Positions 52,581 to 63,341 are shown, numbered from the stretch's first letter. The stretch is DNA of 64,000 nucleotides from Planctomycetota bacterium (GCA_016200135.1 JACQFI010000044.1:15390-79389); one strand, 5' to 3'. The notes: generated by a model from the sequence alone, not told the origin. Program-made: numbers and translations.

Positions 52581-54245
52581 ATGAGCATGAAGCGAGCGAT
52601 CGCGGGGCTGGTTTCGGTAGTCCTTCTAGTCTGTGTGGCTGGCGTGCAAAAGGCGCATGCAGAGTCGCGTGAAGACTTCGACAAGCTCAAGAAGGAAGTC
52701 GAAGAGCTGAAGAAGCTCGCCGATGAGCGCAAGCCGGGCGTCGCGCCGAACGTGGCCGACAAAGCCCAGAGCGCCACCGACGAGAAGTACGGACACAATC
52801 AGGTGGTCACCACGCGCCAGGGCAAGCTGACCATCGGCGGCCTGCTGCAGGTCTGGTACTACCACATCGCCAACGACAACAACTCTTGGGCCGCGAACGA
52901 TGGCTTTAGCAGGCCGGCCAGGGTGGGTTCGAACGAAGCGAACGACAATGACAGCTACCGTATTCGCCGCGCCGAACTCAAGTTCACGATGGATATCTCG
53001 GAGAACGTCACGGGCGTCATCATGATCGACCCGGCCCGCGAAGCGACGTCCTTCCCGAGCCTTCCCGCGACGCAGACCTCGACCATTTCCGGCGACGGCG
53101 TGGCCTTCTTTAACGATGCCGGGCTGGGCCTGAACAGCGTGCGCAACGGATCGGGCAACGCAAACCGCTTGCTCCAGGACGCGTACATCAATGTTCACGG
53201 CGTTCTTCCGCACCACGATGTGACCACCGGCCAGTTCAAGCGCCACTTGGGCGAAGAAGGCACGCGCGACAGCGCGCAGCTCGATTTCGTCGAGCGCGCC
53301 ATGATCACGCAGCTCGCCGATCTGCGCGACTTGGGCATGCAACTCCACGGCACCTGGTGGGATGACCGCTTCCAGTACTGGCTCGGCATGTTCGACGGCG
53401 CCGGGTCGGCCTTCCAGCAGCACCAAAACCGCGCCAACGACAACGACGCCAAGGACTATGTCGCCAGCCTCATGCTCCGCCCCTTGTGGAAAAACGAGAC
53501 CTGGGGCAGCATCGAACTCGGTTACAGCATCATGTACGGTAAGGGCGGTGAAGGCGGCGGACACTACACCGGCTCCTACAGCGGTCTGTTCGAGACCGAC
53601 GGTCTGAACCAGAACAAGACCATTCACTCATTGCAGTATGCGTACTTGGCCTACATGCCGGGCGGACCGGTCAAGGGTTTGTGGATTCGCGGCGAATGGG
53701 GCCAGTACCGCGACCGCTTCGCGCCGGGCGCCGTCTCCGTAGGCGTCAATTCGCTGACCGCTATCCCTTTCACGTCCACGAGCATTGTGAACAGCCCTGC
53801 GCCGTTTCAGATTTACGGCTGGACTGCGAGCACGGGCTACAAGCTCTCGGATAGCATCTGGTCCGATCACCTGAAGAACGGCAACATGGTCGAGAAGATC
53901 CTGGCCGACATGGAATTTGTCGCGCGCTACGAGGAAATGCAGAACCTCTTCTACCCCAAGCTGGTCCCGCAGGTCGATCCGGCTGCGCCGCTTCCATCGA
54001 TCGCCAACCTGCCCTTGATTCGCGACTCGGACGTCTTCAAGACTCAGATCGCGACGGTGGGCTTCAATTACTACTTCAAGGGCAACAACGTCAAGCTGCA
54101 GGTCAACTACAGCATCGTGAACGAGCAGAACGACGGCAAGAACCAGAACCGGTCGTTTACGGTGAACGGCATGAATACCAGCCGCCGTTTCGTCCGCGAG
54201 GTCGAGAACAACAATCTCGTCGTGAACTTCCAGGTTGCCTGGTAA
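52581..54245 (+). CDS. Putative outer-membrane beta-barrel porin with N-terminal coiled-coil (phosphate-selective porin O/P-like)
   Basis: Signal peptide [27 protein letters not shown], coiled coil [19 protein letters not shown], alternating amphipathic beta-strand pattern, C-terminal ...VVNFQVAW ending in an aromatic residue. I chose ATG 52581 (GGAAGGAG upstream); the ORF starts at 52422. Confidence 0.6.
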   Translation: MSMKRAIAGLVSVVLLVCVAGVQKAHAESREDFDKLKKEVEELKKLADERKPGVAPNVADKAQSATDEKYGHNQVVTTRQGKLTIGGLLQVWYYHIANDNNSWAANDGFSRPARVGSNEANDNDSYRIRRAELKFTMDISENVTGVIMIDPAREATSFPSLPATQTSTISGDGVAFFNDAGLGLNSVRNGSGNANRLLQDAYINVHGVLPHHDVTTGQFKRHLGEEGTRDSAQLDFVERAMITQLADLRDLGMQLHGTWWDDRFQYWLGMFDGAGSAFQQHQNRANDNDAKDYVASLMLRPLWKNETWGSIELGYSIMYGKGGEGGGHYTGSYSGLFETDGLNQNKTIHSLQYAYLAYMPGGPVKGLWIRGEWGQYRDRFAPGAVSVGVNSLTAIPFTSTSIVNSPAPFQIYGWTASTGYKLSDSIWSDHLKNGNMVEKILADMEFVARYEEMQNLFYPKLVPQVDPAAPLPSIANLPLIRDSDVFKTQIATVGFNYYFKGNNVKLQVNYSIVNEQNDGKNQNRSFTVNGMNTSRRFVREVENNNLVVNFQVAW

Positions 54246-54394
54246 CACGGCGGTCAGAGGTTTCAGAAGCGCCGGGCGGCCTGCGGGCCGCCCGGTTCGT
54301 TTTCAGCCCCATGGGTTTGCTTGATTTGCCCGGTGGCTCTGGTAAGAAGGCGTGTCCTCGCAGCGCGACGCACGAGGCGTAAGGAGCAACGGTC

Positions 54395-54670
54395 ATGGCA
54401 CACAAGATGGGCGGCGGTTCGACCAAGAACGGCCGCGACAGCAATCCGAAGTACCTGGGGGTCAAGCTCTACGGCGGCCAGAAGGCCAAAACGGGCAGCA
54501 TCATCCTGCGCCAGCGCGGTACACAGTACCACCCGGGCCTGAACGTCGGCTGCGGCCGCGACTTCACGCTCTACGCGCTCGCCGATGGCGTGGTCAAATT
54601 CGACAAGACCGCCAAGCGCAAGGTTCACGTGCTGCAGGCCGAGAAAACCCCGGCGGCGGCGGGCAAATAG
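54395..54670 (+). CDS. rpmA: 50S ribosomal protein L27
   Basis: [29 protein letters not shown]...[21 protein letters not shown] is a near-universal L27 sequence. AAGGAG RBS. Confidence 0.95.
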   Translation: MAHKMGGGSTKNGRDSNPKYLGVKLYGGQKAKTGSIILRQRGTQYHPGLNVGCGRDFTLYALADGVVKFDKTAKRKVHVLQAEKTPAAAGK

Positions 54671-54697
54671 CGCTTCCTTCGTTACCGGTTCTTCTTC

Positions 54698-54727
54698 GCC
54701 CCGGCCTTGCGCCGGGGCGTTTTGTTT
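54698..54727 (+). terminator. Rho-independent terminator after rpmA
   Basis: Hairpin cgccccggc-cttg-cgccggggcg followed by TTTTGTTT. Confidence 0.75.
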
Positions 54728-54786
54728 GAGGCCCGGCGAAGCCGGAAATGCGTCTGAGTCCGCGGCCGGAGGCGCGTCTCAATACC

Positions 54787-56337
54787 ATGGGCACGTTGCG
54801 CCTCCTCCCCTTCCACTTGTTCTTGTCCGTGCTCGCCCCGGCCTGCGATGCCGCGGAGGCCCCCGCCATTCCCATCCCGCTCGGTCCGCTGGGCGCTTCG
54901 GCCGAGAAGGCCGGCGAAGCCGCCGATTCCCGGCGCCTCAAGATCGTCTCCGTGGTAAACGGAGACTCGGCGCAGCGCGCGGGCTTGAAAGCCGGCGACG
55001 TGCTGGATGTCCCCGGCAGCGGAACGCCGCTTCAAGCCTTGATGCAGTTGCTAGCCACGGCGCAGGGCGCGCCGGAAGCGGTGAAGGCTCATGTCGCTTC
55101 GCTCAAATGGGATGTGCTGCGCGACGGCAAGCCCGTCAGTCTCGAATTCAAGCTGCCCGTGTTGGGCGCGCACGCGGCCACGTGCCCCGCCAACTGCCCC
55201 GCCTGCCAGGCGCAGCTCTCCAAGTCGCTCGACTGGCTGGCCGCGCAGGTCGCCAAAGGCTATCGGCCCTCGCGCACCTTCGACCTGCTCGACCGCGGGC
55301 CGTTCTACATCGGCAAGATGGTCAACGGGATGAAAGTCTCGCAGTCGCGCCCGTACACCGTGGCAGTGACGGCCATGGCCGGCCTCGCCCTCCTCGCCGC
55401 GGGCGAAGCGCCCCGCACCGGGCCGCACGCGGCTGCGCTTGCGGCTTGCCGCGATTACGTCGCCATGTCCGTGCAGACCTGGCAGCTTCCCGCGGCGCAG
55501 GCCGGCGGCGAAGTCGAACAGGACTACGACGACTGGGCGCTCGGCTACTCCGGGCTCTTCCTCGCCGAGTGCCTCGCGCAGGATCCCACGGACGCTGCGC
55601 AGAAGAAGTCCCTCGAGAAAACCCTCGAATGGCTCGCCAAGCGCCTCGGCGAGAACCAGGAGGACAACGGCGCCTGGGCCCACAAGGGCCACGCCGTGAA
55701 CCGCCTCGGCTACAAGGAATTCACCGCGCCCGCGCTGGTGATCCTGCCCGCGCTCGCCTCGATCAAGGCCCGCGGGATCGCCGTCCCCGAAGCCGCCATC
55801 GCCAAAGGTGTGAAGTATCTCAAGGACGTCCAGGACGAGAGCGGCGGCTACGCCTACAGCCCCGAACGCAAGGGCTACATCCAGATCGGCCGCGTCGGCG
55901 GAGCGCTCTGGGCGCTGGCGCTCTGCGGTGAAGCGCCCGGCGAGGCGAATTTCAAGCGCGGCGCGGACTTCTTCCTCGCCCATCCCGAGCACGCCCTGAA
56001 CGGCCACGGCTCGCAAATGATGAACCTGCTTTGGAGCGGCTTCGGCGCGGCGGCGCTCGGACCCGAGGCCTGGGGCAAAGTCTGGGAGGCCAACAAGCAC
56101 TGGGTCTTCGCGGCGCGGCAGAATGACGGCTCGTTCGCCCCGCTGCCGCGCCAGGAGTTCGGCTACTTCGAGGGCCGCGCCGACCTGTTGAACTCCTACG
56201 ACGCCGATACGGAGCAATACCTGGGCGCCGGCGAACCCAAAGCGATCGCCGTCTGGATCGCCGCCCACCAGCTCGTCTTCTGGCAGACGGGATCCCGTCA
56301 TTTAAGCTGGCTTAAACCATTGCTACCCAAGAAGTAA
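54787..56337 (+). CDS. Secreted PDZ-domain protein with prenyltransferase/squalene-oxidase-like (alpha-alpha toroid) repeats
   Basis: Signal peptide MGTLRLLPFHLFLSVLAPACDAA. PDZ-like KIVSVVNGDSAQRAGLKAGDVL. Repeated QxxDG(S/A)W-type motifs (ENQEDNGAWAH, DESGGYAYSP, RQNDGSFAP) typical of the PFTB/terpene-cyclase repeat. The ORF starts at 54748. Confidence 0.6.
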   Translation: MGTLRLLPFHLFLSVLAPACDAAEAPAIPIPLGPLGASAEKAGEAADSRRLKIVSVVNGDSAQRAGLKAGDVLDVPGSGTPLQALMQLLATAQGAPEAVKAHVASLKWDVLRDGKPVSLEFKLPVLGAHAATCPANCPACQAQLSKSLDWLAAQVAKGYRPSRTFDLLDRGPFYIGKMVNGMKVSQSRPYTVAVTAMAGLALLAAGEAPRTGPHAAALAACRDYVAMSVQTWQLPAAQAGGEVEQDYDDWALGYSGLFLAECLAQDPTDAAQKKSLEKTLEWLAKRLGENQEDNGAWAHKGHAVNRLGYKEFTAPALVILPALASIKARGIAVPEAAIAKGVKYLKDVQDESGGYAYSPERKGYIQIGRVGGALWALALCGEAPGEANFKRGADFFLAHPEHALNGHGSQMMNLLWSGFGAAALGPEAWGKVWEANKHWVFAARQNDGSFAPLPRQEFGYFEGRADLLNSYDADTEQYLGAGEPKAIAVWIAAHQLVFWQTGSRHLSWLKPLLPKK

Positions 56338-56435
56338 TATCCGAGTGGAATGCCGTTCCCCTGCATCAAATCCGCGCCTGAACACGTCTTTACTAAGAGC
56401 GGCACTGCGATTCACCTCCGGCCTGGAAAATTCCC

Positions 56436-59400
56436 GTGAGCGCGTCCGACCAGACGCTGTCCGACCTTCCGAGCACCCACGTGGTCCGCGGCTGTCTGGC
56501 GCGCGTGCGCCGGCGCTGGCTGGCGACGGATCTGGCCGCCGGAGCGCTGCGGCTGCTGGGCATTACGCTCGCGCTGCTGCTCGTCCTGGGCATCGTCGAG
56601 ATGCTCGCGCGACCTGGAGCAGCGTGGCGCATTGGGCTGATGCTGGTGGCCCTCGGGTTCTGGCTCGCGAGCGTCTGGCGCTGGCTCGTGCGGCCTGCGC
56701 GCGAACGCATCACCGACGCCCGCGCGGCGGTAAAAGTCGAATCCGCCTTTCCGCAACTTGAGAACGCGCTGATTAACGCGGTGCAACTGGCCGTCGCCGT
56801 GCGCTTGCCTGCTCCGGCGCTGGCCGCGGCGGCGATCGACCAGGCCGCGCTGCGCGTGCAGGCCCTGCCTGTCGAACGCGCGGTCTCCGTCACGCCCATC
56901 AAGCGCGCCGCAATGGTCCTAGGCGCGGCGGCGCTCTGCTTTGCGCTGATCGCAGGCGTCAAAGGCCCGGCCTTCGTCGCGGCGCTCCAGCAACTGCTCC
57001 GGCCCACGGCGTTCGTGCCTGCGGTCGGCGACCACCCCATCGTCTCGGTCAAGCCCGGCGACTGCTCGGTGCTCGCCGGCGGCGAATTGAACGTTGAAGT
57101 CGAAGTCGCGCCGTACGAAGGCGAGGCGCCCGAAGCCACGCTCTACGTCCGCGAAGAGGGCGCGCCCCGCGAGCAGGCCGTGAAGATGGAGATGGCCGAG
57201 CGCGTGCGCTTCCTGGCGCCGTTGCGTGAGATCCGTAAGGCGCTGGTCTATCGCGTCGAGATCGGCACGAGCCAGTCGGCGCTCTATAAGGTTTCCATCG
57301 TCGAGCGGCCCCGCGTGGACCGCATCGACCTGAGCATCACGCCGCCCGCGTACACGGGCCTCAAGTCTGAACGCTACCAGGACGTGCCCGGCGATATCCG
57401 CGCGCCGCAAGGCAGCAAGGTGGAACTCACGGCGCATTCGGACCGCGTGGTCACCGAGGGCGCGGTGGTGATCGAAGAGACCGACGCGGTTCCGCTGACG
57501 CTCGGCGGCGAAGGCCAATCTTTAACGGGCGCGTTCGAGATCAAGCGCAGCGGTTATTACACTATTCGCCTGAAGAACGCCGGCGGCCACACCAACGCCG
57601 AGGGCGCGCCGCACAAGATCGAGTGCATCCCCGACCGCCCGCCGGCGGTCAGGATTGCCGCGCCGGTGGAGAAGGAACTCACGCTTGGCGCAGGGGCGAG
57701 CGTGCCCATCGCGGTCGAAGCGACCGACGACTACGGGCTCGCGGAGGTCAGCGTGCGCTTCAAGCGCAACCGCGAGGGCGTCGAACAGGTGCTCAAGGTC
57801 TGGAAAGAGTTTCCGCCGCCGGGCCGCGCGGCCCGCGTGCAGGCGGTGCTGGCGCTCACGCCGGAGGCCGGCTTCGAGGCCGGCGACACGGTGTACTACC
57901 TCGCGGAAGCCAAGGACCGCGCGCAGTCCTCGCGCACCGTCGCGCAGGTAATCAAGGTCATCGATCCGAAGAAGGCCAAGGAAGAGAAGATCGAGGCGCT
58001 CGGCGATGTGCTCAAGCGCCTCGAGATGGTCCTGCAGTGGCAGAACGCCGCGCTGGCCGCCTCCGACCGCCACCGCGACCTGGCCTTAAAGGAAAAGAAG
58101 GCGGTGCCCGCGCCCGAAGCCGCGCGCGTGCTCGACGCCCAGGCGAAGATCCGCGCCGAGAGCGCAGAGGTCGCCAAGTCCATCACGCCCAGCGACAAGA
58201 CGCTCAGTTGGGTGCGCGAGGCCCTCGCGGGCCTGCTCGCCGATCCCATGCCCAAGGCGCTCGTGGCCGCCGAACGCGTCCTCAAGCTCGCCGCGCAGCC
58301 GGCGGACCTCGCCGGGCCGCTGAACGAACTCGGCGCCGAACAGCGCCGCATCGTCGCGGGACTCAAGTCGATCCTGGCCGTGCTCCCGAAGGTTGCCGAG
58401 GCCGTAAAGGAGGAAGTGGACCGCACCCAGGGCTACGACCTGCCGAACGACGTCAAGAAGGAACTCGAAGACCTGAAGGACAAGCTGAAGGAGTTCGCCG
58501 ACCAGCAGAAGAAGACGGTAAAGGCCTCGGAGGACCTCGCCAAGAAACCCGCCGAGGACCTCTCCGAAGAAGAGAAGAAGGAAATGAAGGCGCTCGAGGC
58601 CAACCAGGACGACTGGGCTAAGTTCATGCGCGAGGCATACAGCGACTTCAGCAAAATTCCGAAGCAGGACTTCACCGACCCGCGCCTGCTGCAGGAACTC
58701 TTACAGACCTACGAAGAAGTCGAGATGGCCAAGGACGCGCTGAGCAAGAAGGCCGCGGAGATCGCCGTCGCCGTCGAGGAGAGCGGCGTGGAGGACGCCA
58801 AGTCGCTCACGACCCATATCGAGAAGTGGCTGCCGGACAAGCCCGACCGCGAGAAGTGGAGCATGGAGGAGCCGATCGGCGACAACCAGACGCCCATGGC
58901 CGAGCTGCCCAAGGAGCTCGAAGACATCATGGGCGACCTGATGGAGAAGGAAGAGGACCTGATGGAGGAGGCCAACGACCTCACCAGCAAGTGGGCCGAC
59001 TCCATCGACAAGGGCGCGGGCTGGGACGCCGCCGACGGACCGATCTCGAACATGTCCGCGCAGGGCGTCACCGGCAACCAGTTGCCGAACACGTCCGAGA
59101 TCGGCGGGCGCTCGGGCGAAGGCCGCCAGGGCAAGGCCTCGGGCGAGATGGTCGGCGACACCGCGACGGGCAAGGGCGGGCGCAAGACGCCCACGCGCCT
59201 GAGCCCCGATCCGTTCCAGGCCGGGCAGATCAACGATACCTCGAAGGACCCCGCCGGCGGCGCGACGGGCGGCGGCAAGTCGGGCGCGCCCGGCGGCGAG
59301 GGCCTGGAAGGCCCGGTCCCGCCGAACTTGAAGCTCAGCATGGAGCGGCTCTCCGGCCGCCAGGCCGAACTGCGCAACCAGGCCGAGCGCCTCAACCTGA

Positions 59401-59735
59401 ACCTGAAGATGATGAACTACCCCAGCGCCGACCTGGAGAAGGCCATCAAAGAGATGAAGAAGTTCGAGACCGACACGAAGGACGGCCGCTATGAGAACAT
59501 CGCCCGCCAGCGCCCGGTGCTCCTGAAGAACCTGAAAGCCGCGCAGGGCTACACCGAAGGCGTCTCCCGCATCGCCCGCGACGGCTCGCCGAATCTGCCT
59601 CGCGGCGTCCAGGACGAGATCCTCGACGCCCTCTCCGGCGAGAACGCGCCGAAGGGCTATGAGGATTTGCTCAAGGGTTATTACGACGGGCTGATCAAGG
59701 GCGACGCGAAGCCGTCGCCCACGCCAAAGAAATAA
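56436..59735 (+). CDS. Large (1,099 aa) membrane protein with N-terminal TM helices, extracytoplasmic beta-rich region, coiled-coil segments and Gly-rich C-terminal region
   Basis: GTG start. Hydrophobic helices at ~35-60, 65-85 and 160-180. Long helical Lys/Glu-rich segments. The C-terminal segment is Gly/Ala-rich low complexity. I recognise no family with confidence. Confidence 0.65.
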   Translation: MSASDQTLSDLPSTHVVRGCLARVRRRWLATDLAAGALRLLGITLALLLVLGIVEMLARPGAAWRIGLMLVALGFWLASVWRWLVRPARERITDARAAVKVESAFPQLENALINAVQLAVAVRLPAPALAAAAIDQAALRVQALPVERAVSVTPIKRAAMVLGAAALCFALIAGVKGPAFVAALQQLLRPTAFVPAVGDHPIVSVKPGDCSVLAGGELNVEVEVAPYEGEAPEATLYVREEGAPREQAVKMEMAERVRFLAPLREIRKALVYRVEIGTSQSALYKVSIVERPRVDRIDLSITPPAYTGLKSERYQDVPGDIRAPQGSKVELTAHSDRVVTEGAVVIEETDAVPLTLGGEGQSLTGAFEIKRSGYYTIRLKNAGGHTNAEGAPHKIECIPDRPPAVRIAAPVEKELTLGAGASVPIAVEATDDYGLAEVSVRFKRNREGVEQVLKVWKEFPPPGRAARVQAVLALTPEAGFEAGDTVYYLAEAKDRAQSSRTVAQVIKVIDPKKAKEEKIEALGDVLKRLEMVLQWQNAALAASDRHRDLALKEKKAVPAPEAARVLDAQAKIRAESAEVAKSITPSDKTLSWVREALAGLLADPMPKALVAAERVLKLAAQPADLAGPLNELGAEQRRIVAGLKSILAVLPKVAEAVKEEVDRTQGYDLPNDVKKELEDLKDKLKEFADQQKKTVKASEDLAKKPAEDLSEEEKKEMKALEANQDDWAKFMREAYSDFSKIPKQDFTDPRLLQELLQTYEEVEMAKDALSKKAAEIAVAVEESGVEDAKSLTTHIEKWLPDKPDREKWSMEEPIGDNQTPMAELPKELEDIMGDLMEKEEDLMEEANDLTSKWADSIDKGAGWDAADGPISNMSAQGVTGNQLPNTSEIGGRSGEGRQGKASGEMVGDTATGKGGRKTPTRLSPDPFQAGQINDTSKDPAGGATGGGKSGAPGGEGLEGPVPPNLKLSMERLSGRQAELRNQAERLNLNLKMMNYPSADLEKAIKEMKKFETDTKDGRYENIARQRPVLLKNLKAAQGYTEGVSRIARDGSPNLPRGVQDEILDALSGENAPKGYEDLLKGYYDGLIKGDAKPSPTPKK

Positions 59736-59773
59736 AATATCCGCGCGAATCCACGTTTTTCTGCGGCCACAAA

Positions 59774-59803
59774 CAAAAAATCCCGGGTTGCCCCGGGCTT
59801 TTT
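59774..59803. terminator. Bidirectional rho-independent terminator between convergent genes
   Basis: AAAAAA-tcccggg-ttgc-cccggg-cTTTTT: perfect hairpin flanked by A- and T-runs. Confidence 0.8.
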
Positions 59804-59826
59804 GCGTTGCGGTGTAAGCGTTCGGT

Positions 59827-61992
59827 TCAGCGTTCTTTGCGGATCTTCTCGGCCTTTTCGGCCTTTTCCTTGTCGTCGCCCACGATGTCCTTGTACTTGT
59901 TCCGGGGAACCGGTTCGTAGCCGAAGGGTTCCATGGTGAACGTCGCGCGGCCCGACGAGAGCGAGCGGCTGACGTTCGAGTAGTTGAACATCTCGGAGAG
60001 CGGCACTTTGCAGCGGATCACCTTGAGGTGCCCGCGGTCGAGCATCTCGACGATCACCGCGCGGCGACTGTTCAAGTCGCCGATGACGTTGCCCATGTAC
60101 TCTTCGGGCGTCACCACTTCGACGTTCATGATCGGTTCGAGCAGGATCGGGCCGGCGAGCCGGGCCGCTTCCTTGTACGCGATCGAGCCCGCCATCTCGA
60201 AGGCCAGGTCCGACGAGTCGACTTCGTGGTACTTGCCGTCGAGCAGCGTGATCTTGATGTTGATCGTCTGGTAGCCGGCGATGATGCCGTTCTTGGCCGC
60301 GCCGCGCGCGCCGCGTTCCACCGACGGGATGAACTCCTTGGGAATCGAACCCGCGTAGATCTCTTCCTCGAACACGACACGGTCCTCTTCGTCGTTCGGG
60401 AAGTGTTCGACGCGCAGCTTGCAGACGCCGTACTGGCCGCGTCCGCCGGACTGCTGCACGAACTTGCCTTCGGCTTCCGCGCCCTGCGTGAAGGTCTCGC
60501 GGTAGCTGACGCGCGGGCTGCCGACGTTGGCTTCGACCTGGTGCTCGTTGAACATGCGCGACTTGATGATATCGAGGTGCAGCTCGCCCATGCCACTGAT
60601 GATGAGCTGGCCCGTTTCCGAGTCGAAGTGATGCCGGAAGGTCGGGTCTTCCTTGCTCATCTTGGCCAACGCGTGCGCGAGCTTGTCCTTGTCGTTGTTC
60701 GTCTTCGGCTCGATGGCCATCGAGATGACCGTGTCGGGGAAGCTCGGCGGTTCGAGCAGGATCGGGTGGTCTTCCTCGCAGAGCGTGTCGCCCGTGAAGG
60801 TGAACTTGAGGCCGCCGACGGCGCAGATGTCGCCCGCCGTCGCCTGGTCGATGGGCTCGCGGTCGTCCGCGTGCATGATGAAGAGGCGGTCGACCTTCTC
60901 CTTCTTGTCGCGGCGGACGTTGAGGAGCCGTTCGCCCTTCTTGATCGTGCCCGAGTAGATGCGGATGAAGGTAAGGTCGCCGAACTTGTCGTTGAGCGTC
61001 TTGAACGCCAGCGCCGCGATGGGCGCCTTGGCGGACGGCTTGCTCTCGATCTTCTTCTCGGCGTCCTCGGGGTCCTGCCCGATGGTCGGGCGGGCGTCGA
61101 GCGGCGAGGGAAGGTACGCGAGCACCGCGTCGAGCATGCGCTGCACGCCGATGTAGTGGTACGCCGAACCGAGCAGCACGGGGAAGCCCTTGCCCGCGAT
61201 GCAGACGCGGCGCAGGGCGGCCTCGATCTGTTCGATCGTGGGCTTCTGTTCGAGCAGGTAGACCTCGCCCACCTGTTCGTCCAGGTCGGCGAGTTCGTGG
61301 AAGAGTTCTTCGTGGCGGCGCGCGGCCTCTTCGGCGTACTGCGGCGCAATGTCGGACTCGGTGATCTTCGCGCCCTTGGACGCCTTGTCGAAGACGAACT
61401 GGCGCATCGTGATGAGGTTGATGACGCCGACGAAATCGTCTTCCTTGCCGACGGGCATCTGGATCGGAAGCGGGCGCGCGCCCAGCCGGTCGCGGATCTG
61501 GCCGACGACGTTCCAGAAGTCCGCGCCGACGCGGTCCATCTTGTTGACGAAACAGATGCGCGGCACGCCAAAGCGGTCGGCCTGGCGCCACACGGTCTCG
61601 GACTGGGCCTCGACGCCGTCCACGCCCGAGAAGACGACGCAGGCGCCGTCGAGCACGCGCAGCGAGCGCTGGACCTCGGCCGTAAAGTCGATGTGGCCGG
61701 GCGTGTCGATGATGTTGAGCGAATGTTCTTTCCACTGGCAGGAGACCGCGGCGGAGACGATCGTGATGCCGCGCTCGCGCTCTTCCTTCAGGTAGTCCGT
61801 GGTCGTGTTGCCTTCGTGGACGTCGCCCATCTTGTGCTGCTTGCCGGTGTAATAGAGCACGCGCTCGGTCGTCGTGGTCTTACCGGCATCGATGTGGGCG
61901 ATGATCCCGAAGTTGCGGACCTTTTGCAGGACCGAGTCGCCTCCGCCGGCTCCGGACATGGCGGTGGGGGCTGCAGGTTGCGCGGTCGACAT
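59827..61992 (-). CDS. fusA: Elongation factor G
   Basis: G1 AHIDAGKTTTTE, G2 RGITI, G3 DTPGH, G4 NKMD; full five-domain length (721 aa). An AGGGAGGAAGG RBS lies upstream of ATG 61992. Confidence 0.95.
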   Translation of the reverse strand: MSTAQPAAPTAMSGAGGGDSVLQKVRNFGIIAHIDAGKTTTTERVLYYTGKQHKMGDVHEGNTTTDYLKEERERGITIVSAAVSCQWKEHSLNIIDTPGHIDFTAEVQRSLRVLDGACVVFSGVDGVEAQSETVWRQADRFGVPRICFVNKMDRVGADFWNVVGQIRDRLGARPLPIQMPVGKEDDFVGVINLITMRQFVFDKASKGAKITESDIAPQYAEEAARRHEELFHELADLDEQVGEVYLLEQKPTIEQIEAALRRVCIAGKGFPVLLGSAYHYIGVQRMLDAVLAYLPSPLDARPTIGQDPEDAEKKIESKPSAKAPIAALAFKTLNDKFGDLTFIRIYSGTIKKGERLLNVRRDKKEKVDRLFIMHADDREPIDQATAGDICAVGGLKFTFTGDTLCEEDHPILLEPPSFPDTVISMAIEPKTNNDKDKLAHALAKMSKEDPTFRHHFDSETGQLIISGMGELHLDIIKSRMFNEHQVEANVGSPRVSYRETFTQGAEAEGKFVQQSGGRGQYGVCKLRVEHFPNDEEDRVVFEEEIYAGSIPKEFIPSVERGARGAAKNGIIAGYQTINIKITLLDGKYHEVDSSDLAFEMAGSIAYKEAARLAGPILLEPIMNVEVVTPEEYMGNVIGDLNSRRAVIVEMLDRGHLKVIRCKVPLSEMFNYSNVSRSLSSGRATFTMEPFGYEPVPRNKYKDIVGDDKEKAEKAEKIRKER

Positions 61993-62077
61993 GGTGTCTT
62001 CCTTCCTCCCTTGCTGCGTACCTTGGGTTGCGGACCTTAATTTTTCAACCAGACTTGTTCAGGCCAAATTTTCTTTG

Positions 62078-62115
62078 AGTTATAACGAAACCACCCCGGC
62101 ATCACGCGCCGGGGA
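62078..62115 (-). terminator. Putative intrinsic terminator inside the rpsG-fusA spacer
   Basis: On the minus strand: gctccccggc-gcgtgat-gccggggtg followed by GTTTCGTTAT. It lies ~260 nt downstream of the rpsG stop and ~90 nt upstream of the fusA start. Confidence 0.5.
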
Positions 62116-62372
62116 GCTATCCTACCTTCGTCCATTTTTACGGGAGACTTAAGCCGCGATTAGCGGCTGAAATCGAACGTGTTGCTGCGCGGGAAGAAGG
62201 TGGACGGCGCTATAAGCTTAGGCACCCATGTTCCAAAGAACCTCCTCAACCGTGGCCGGATTCGCTCCCCCCGGCAAAGGGGCAACAATTTAAAATCCTT
62301 AAGGCCATTTGGCAATAGGTATTTTCGTACTATTTGGATGGTGAAAGTCTAAGCAGCCGTTAAGAATGCGCT

Positions 62373-62894
62373 TTACCACGCAAAGTGCGCAAATGCCTTG
62401 TTCGCCTCGGCCATCTTATGCGTGTTCTCGCGCTTGGCGATCGCCGCGCCTTCCTTCTTGAAGGCGTCCACAAATTCGCCGGCGAGGCGCTCGGACATCG
62501 GGCGGCCCTTCTTGCCGCGGGCGGCCTCGAGGATCCAGCGGATCGCCAGGCTCTGCGCGCGCTTGCGGTTGACCTCGATGGGCACCTGCCACGTGGCGCC
62601 GCCGACGCGCCGCGACTTCACTTCGATCATGGGCTTCACGTTGTTGAGCGCGCCCAGGAAGACTTCGAGCGGGTTGCTGCCGGTGCGCTGGCCCACGATC
62701 TCCATGGCGCCGTAGAAGACGCCCTGGCTCGCGGTCTTCTGGCCCGCGTACATCATGCAGTTGATGAACTTGGCGACCAGGAGGTCGTTGAACTTAGCGT
62801 CGGGGCGCAGGCCGCGCCCGGTGACCCGGACCTTGGCGGGCAGCGCCTGCACCGGAACGGTCTCTTCGCGCTTCTTGGTGAATTTCTTACCCAT
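62373..62894 (-). CDS. rpsG: 30S ribosomal protein S7 (with ~17-aa N-terminal extension)
   Basis: ...EVKSRRVGGATWQVPIEV...RWILEAAR...HKMAEANKAFAHFAW matches the bacterial uS7 core and C-terminus. AGGAAGGGA RBS. Confidence 0.95.
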   Translation of the reverse strand: MGKKFTKKREETVPVQALPAKVRVTGRGLRPDAKFNDLLVAKFINCMMYAGQKTASQGVFYGAMEIVGQRTGSNPLEVFLGALNNVKPMIEVKSRRVGGATWQVPIEVNRKRAQSLAIRWILEAARGKKGRPMSERLAGEFVDAFKKEGAAIAKRENTHKMAEANKAFAHFAW

Positions 62895-62969
62895 GCCTGC
62901 TGCATCCCTTCCTGCTTATGTCTCGCGGTATCGAAGCGGCGCATCCCCCGTGGCGCGCCGCGGCGGCGG

Positions 62970-63341
<372 letters not shown>

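Noticed and set aside
60028-62040. 670-aa plus-strand ORF opposite fusA
   Set aside because: The minus strand encodes canonical EF-G with all G motifs.
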